Of a stretch of 53,933 bases of DNA, positions 49,301-53,933 are shown piece by piece. The stretch comes from Chrysochromulina tobinii (taxonomy: Eukaryota), in assembly GCA_001275005.1 (NCBI GenBank), contig JWZX01003251.1:1-53933 (forward strand). The letters run 5' to 3'. Every line of letters starts with the position of its first letter. Position 1 is the first letter of the stretch. Under the pieces are notes generated by a model that was not told the DNA's origin, did not search any database, and saw only the letters and a program-made list of their open reading frames with translations. A program made the translations under genes and the position numbers.

Positions 49301-52229
49301 CGTCTGATCGACTGCCAGCATGCCTTCTCGCACGCGCAGACCCGGCTGCTGCTGCGCATGCTGCGCGCAGATGCGCCCGAGGATCGGAAGCGATGGGTCG
49401 TCGACACCTCAGCGTGCCGGCGCCGGCCGCAGGCACGCATCGAGAACATGCGCGGCTCGGGCCTGATTCAAATCCTGACCGTTGAGGACGAGTACCACCT
49501 GCTCGTGCATGCGGCGCACGTGTGGCGGATCAAGCACGAGCTGCGCCGCAAGCAGCTGGGCGTGCACGACATCTTCTTCGCCTTCAACCAAACGCGCAAC
49601 GGGCTGCTCTCTTGCGGCGAGCTTGGCGCGGGGCTCACGTGGCTCGGGTTGCCGTTTGGGGAGAGCGAGCTGATCGCACTGCTCAAAGGGCTCGACAAGG
49701 ACACCGACGGGCTGCTCTCCCTCGAAGAATGGTCCGCCGGCTTCCCCGAGTTGCCCTCATCGGAGCCGGCGACCCAGGAGAAGCTCGCAGAGCTCGAGCT
49801 CAAGCCGATGCGTGTCAAGGAGCTCTATGAGGGCTCCGTGCTCAAGCGGTTGGCGATCCCGGTACGCCCCGAAGCGCTCGCCAAGTTCAAGTTCAAGCTC
49901 AAGCCCCATAAGAGCTTCACACTCGTGTGGTCCAACAAGGGCTCAGGCGCCCTCCACGACGTTTCGATCTGGGCGCCCGAGATCGAGGCACGCATCGAGA
50001 AGAAGTCGCACGCGCGCGTGTGCTTCGGCCACATGCCTGTGAGCGGCTTCGAGTCGCCGTCGAAGGCAGGCGAGCCGCAGCTGCTCGAGGTGACCGACAC
50101 GGCTGTGGGGATGCTCGCCTCGTCGGAGTCCATGTCCGCTGTCGTCGATCAGCTGCTGCCTCATCCGCTGCGCTACCGGCTCGCGTGGCACGACGCCCAT
50201 GCGAAGCCGCCGCTGTACATTTGGCGCGCCGTGCCGCCCTCGGCCGACTTTGTGGCCGTGGGCATGATCGCGACCTCCTCGGATGATCAGCCGGAGCTGA
50301 CTGCGATGCGCTGCGTACCAACTCGGTGGCTCTCTGCAGAGAAGGAGGAGCCGAAGAAGGTGTGGCAACACGGCGGACAGATCGGCGGTCGCACGGGCAC
50401 GTTCTGGAGCACGAATCAGCTCAACGTGCTGCTCGCCATGCACGGTCAGGAGCCGCCGCCGAAGGATCAGCGCTGGTTCTTTACCACCGATCGATTTATG
50501 GCGGAGCCTAATAAGCTCGCCGACCTCGTGCCCGCGCCACCGCCGCCGGAGGGCACTCTCGCCTCGACCTCCAACCCCAACGTACCCAATCGCTCCAAGA
50601 CGTCCTTTTTTGGTGGGAAGAAGGAGGTTGCGAAGCCGCAAGCGCCAAGTGGGATGCCAATCGCGGCTGCAGCCAACGCCGCCGTCAAGGCGCCGCCGGC
50701 CGTGGACAAGGCGGCCGAGATCGCAAAGTGGCTTGAGGCCCGTGCAAGTGGCCACGCGACAGGCGGCGGCGCGACGGGCGGCGGCGGCGGCTCGCTCGAG
50801 CCTGCGGTCAGCAACCCGTTCGCCAGCGTGGCGCCGGCGCAGGGGGCGGCAAACACCAGCAACCCGTTTGCCAGCTCCATGGGGGGTAAACCTGCTGTGT
50901 GGGGCCCCGAAGGATATAGCCCGCCAAAGCTGAACCCGACGCCGGCGCCCGTGACGGCGCCAACGCCCGTGACGGCGCCGACGCCCGTTGGAGGCGTGTT
51001 ATTTGGGGGCAGCGACTCTCCTCTCAAGGGCGGGCCAGCGATCATGCCCGGAGCGATGCTCAAGCCGACGCCGTCGCCGCTCATGCCGACGCCCGCACCG
51101 ATGCTCGCGCCGACGCCCGCACCGATGCTCGCGCCGACGCCCGCACCGATGCTCATGCCGACGCCCGCACCGATGCTCGCGCCGACGCCCGCACCGATGC
51201 TCGCGCCGACGCCCGCACCGATGCTCGCGCCGACGCCCGCACCGATGCCGGCCTCGCCGCCCCTGGCCGAGCACCGGGAAAGGGCCCAGACCATGCCGCC
51301 AACGCCCTCGGCGCCGATGGCGTCGATGGTGCCGATGACTCCGATGATGGTGACTCCGGCGGGCTTGACTACGGCGCCCTCTGCTGGCGCTCAACTCGGC
51401 GCTATGGACGCAGCCATGTTTGGTGGCATCGCGCCCGCAGGCGGCGCGCCAGCGTCCACAGCGCCGCCGCTCGACGCCACGTGGCAGAAGGCGTGCTTGC
51501 AATCGGAGGGGTTGATCCAGGCGTCGCCACTGCTCCAAGTGGGCTTCAAGGCCGACTTCCGTGGGCATGCGGGCCGCATTGGCATCTACTATGGCAACCT
51601 GACGCCCGCACCGCTCAAGGTGCTGAGCATCGAGGTGGTCATCCCGCCGACGGTGCAGGGTAAACTTGCATGCACGGCTGCGGCCCCGCCCACGACGCTC
51701 GCCCCGGGTCAGCCGGTGCTCCAGATGATCTCCCTCGAGCTCACGGCGCCCTTTGCGGCGCCGCCCTATCTCATCGTGAAGCTCGAGGGTGCCGCGCGTC
51801 CGATCGCCATCAACCTGCCCCGTGTATCCGGCCCGCTTCAGCTCGCCGTGGCCGCTGAGCAAGGACGACTATTTTGGAATGTGGCGCGCGCCAAACTTGA
51901 AAGAGACGCAGGCCCGGATCACCTTCTACGCGGCGCACGAGGTGAGCACGATCAAGGCGATGCTCATGAATTACGTCAAGCTCGCTGTCCTCGAGGGCGT
52001 TGACCCGTCGCCCAACAACATCTGCGCTGCCGGCGCGATCGTGTGCCTGAACGCGCCCATGCCGCCCGCACCCGGCAGCCACCACTGCCTGCTGCGCATC
52101 GAGATCATCCCTGGCTACGCCAAGGCGCCCGACGGCTCGCCGCGCGCGGCCTCGCGCATCACGGCGCGCTCGACCTCGCCCGAGGCGGCTGAGATGCTCG
52201 TCGGCGCGCTAGCCGCGTACCTCGGGTGA
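37348..52229 (+). CDS. Giant ~4,800-aa DUF3638/DUF3645 P-loop protein with EF-hands, Vps62-like region, NPF motifs and alpha-adaptin ear; exons 37348-47913, 48299-48752, 48832-52229, with apparent frameshifts at ~39700 and ~51820
   Basis: CHQMLMGEGKTTTVSPLL, VIDEVD, LAVPFVGKDAPSHASEFAHPDVAIGLTILAYRY, LIDTGAL, FFDQVHTTGMDI, QGAYRMR, EQ repeat and DKDTDGLLSLEEW. The adaptin-like tail reads LQVGFKADFRGHAGRIGIYYGN...LP-VYPARF...VLEGVDPSPNNICAAG. Confidence 0.8.
47914..48298 (+). other. 385-nt phase-1 intron inside the EQ repeat, containing a 15-bp minisatellite
   Basis: CAAG|GTACGA...CCACGCAG|AG restores EQEQE. CTCTGTGCTCGCCTG occurs ~7 times at 47957-48063. Confidence 0.85.
48753..48831 (+). 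other. 79-nt phase-2 intron with degenerate decamer satellite
   Basis: CAGAT|GTATGT...TGAGTGCCACTGAGTGAGCTTCTGAGTGCCTCCGATGGCCTCCCTCGTCAG|GTAC; splicing gives RVFQMYDAEGRG (EF-hand-like). Confidence 0.85.
51085..51250 (+). repeat. 21-bp coding tandem repeat (PTPAPML[A/M], about 8 copies)
   Basis: CCGACGCCCGCACCGATGCTCGCG-like units. Confidence 0.9.
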
Positions 52230-52709
52230 TACCTCGGATGTGACTGAAGGGAGCGAGCGCGGCGGGCGCGGGGATGGGGTCATGGCGCTGGGCGAGATTC
52301 ATGTAGTTCGGCGGTGTTGATTTCATGGCGAGGGTCTATCGTATACGTGCCGTGTGGGGGTGGGGCGGGGGCACGGGGTGCGGAACCGAACCGAGAGATA
52401 TGCTGATGCGATGGAACACAGCACGACGACGTCGACACAGTGTGACAGTCACTCAGATACGAAACATTTTGAGCTGTGTATACTTACCGAATCGCTGTGT
52501 TACGCCTACGCTTACCTTCCATCGGATGCGTCTCGCTATACGCTAAGCGAAGTAACTATACACACCTCTAACGCGATGGAATTGGAAAACTAAGCGTACA
52601 AAGCGATCCGCCCGGCGCGGCGGCGCGAGGGTCGCTTTTAGGGGTGCGTCGCGCTCACTAAGTATCACGTCGAAACGCGATCGCTCAAGCTCACGGCTCA
52701 CGCTTCGTC

Positions 52710-53933
52710 TCAATCATCAGTGAGATCAATCACAACGGGGCCTTCCACGACAGGCCTGTCATCGCCACGGCCGTCTGTGGAGGTCACGAACGAGCCCTCC
52801 TCTGCATCCCGGGTGATGTCGTTATAGCCACGTTGCTCGTCTTCGACGTGGCCATCGGCGTTGTTCACTTGGCCTTCGCCTTCCAATGGGCCATCGTCGT
52901 CGTCGTCCTCTTCGAGCTTGAATCTGTCCTCGGGCAGGCCACTGCCCGGCATGCGAGGTGTGCTCGTCACCCCACCGCCGTCGCCGTTACTACTGCTGCC
53001 GTCGCCGCTCACGCCGCCCATGCCGTCCATGCCGCGCGCCGCCGCGCGCCTGCTCCGCACCTCCTGGATGCCTAAAAGTAGCCCTTTGTAATCGCGGCCG
53101 CTCAGCCCAGACGACTCGAGCGCGTCCCGGCCGCCGAGCATCACCTGCCCCTCATTGTCGCCGAGCAGCGCCTGCGCAGCGCCTGCCTTGTGCGCGGCGA
53201 TGTCACGGATCACCTCGTCAAAGGTGTCCTTGGCATAGAGCAAGTGCACCTGTACGGGCTTACGCTGACCGATACGGTGAGTGCGGTCTATGGCCTGCTC
53301 AATGACAGCCGGGTTCCACCACGGGTCCAGGAAGATGCAGTGGTTGGCCGCGGTGATATTGAGCCCCACGCCGCCAGTCGAGAGCGTCATGAGGAGCACG
53401 TCGGCCGCGCAATCAGGCCTGCCGAACCGATCGAGCACGGCGCGCCGCTCCCTCGCATCGAGATCGCCGTCGATGCGCTCACACGACATCTTATGCAGCC
53501 TGGCGACGAGCACACCTTCGAGCACATCGAGCGCCCCTTTGAACCACGAGAAGACGATCGCCTTCTCGCCCGCTGGCTTGGCCATGAGCAGCTCGAGCGC
53601 CGTGAGCAGCTTCGAGGAGAGGCGTAAGCCGCCAAGCGCCACGCCGTTCGCATCCGCCACGCCCTCGAGGACGCAGAGTGGTGCCGCCGCCGCGTGCCTC
53701 ACCTCATCGCACCCTATCTGCAGATGCGAGCGATGGCGCTGGCAGCGTGGGCAGCGTGGGTACGATCCCGCCGATGCACAAGCCGCAACGGCACTCAGCT
53801 GCTGCAGACAGCAGGTGTGCAGGTAGTGTGGTTCCTCCGCGGACTGGCCGCACAGGCTCGCGGGCGCCTTGACGAGGGCGCAACGGCCTCCGCATCCGCA
53901 CACGGCCTTTGCGTGCCAAGCGGCGGCGGCCTC
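52710..53933 (-). CDS. SNF2-family (Rad5/Rad16/Uls1-like) helicase, C-terminal part with RING-like Cys cluster (partial)
   Basis: KAIVFSWF, RIDG, LLMTLSTGGVGLNITAANHCIFLDPWWNPAVIEQAIDRTHRIGQRKPV. The frame is open to the window edge. Confidence 0.9.
   Translation of the reverse strand, partial: EAAAAWHAKAVCGCGGRCALVKAPASLCGQSAEEPHYLHTCCLQQLSAVAACASAGSYPRCPRCQRHRSHLQIGCDEVRHAAAAPLCVLEGVADANGVALGGLRLSSKLLTALELLMAKPAGEKAIVFSWFKGALDVLEGVLVARLHKMSCERIDGDLDARERRAVLDRFGRPDCAADVLLMTLSTGGVGLNITAANHCIFLDPWWNPAVIEQAIDRTHRIGQRKPVQVHLLYAKDTFDEVIRDIAAHKAGAAQALLGDNEGQVMLGGRDALESSGLSGRDYKGLLLGIQEVRSRRAAARGMDGMGGVSGDGSSSNGDGGGVTSTPRMPGSGLPEDRFKLEEDDDDDGPLEGEGQVNNADGHVEDEQRGYNDITRDAEEGSFVTSTDGRGDDRPVVEGPVVIDLTDD

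Overview
GC-rich, gene-dense eukaryotic nuclear DNA. Short spliceosomal introns filled with TGATTGCC/TGATGGCC decamer repeats, Ala/Pro-rich proteins and bipartite targeting peptides suggest a haptophyte alga such as Chrysochromulina (inference, not a database result). I model about 17 protein genes, two cut by the window edges. They include a C2H2 zinc-finger protein, an AAAP amino-acid transporter, a degenerate AMP-binding protein, NO66/RIOX1, a SHIPPO/PGP-repeat protein, a coiled-coil/calponin-homology protein, a D-lactate dehydrogenase, a secreted sulfotransferase-fold protein and a partial SNF2/RING helicase. Three things stand out. (1) Several introns are built from one 10-nt satellite plus copies (about 12-30 nt) of the adjacent exon that carry splice-site dinucleotides; some have 2-3 stacked units joined at CAG|GT, suggesting an intron-generating and possibly recursive-splicing system. 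(2) A 2154-aa single-exon protein has a TRPM-type SLOG domain split by an ~1,100-aa C2/WW/LamG insert, followed by two SLATT 2-TM effector domains. (3) A ~4,800-aa DUF3638/DUF3645 P-loop protein carries EF-hands, a Vps62-like region, NPF motifs and an alpha-adaptin ear. Several apparent one-base frameshifts in homopolymers are probably assembly errors. All domain calls are by-eye motif recognition and need HMM confirmation. No rRNA, tRNA, CRISPR or transposase was seen.
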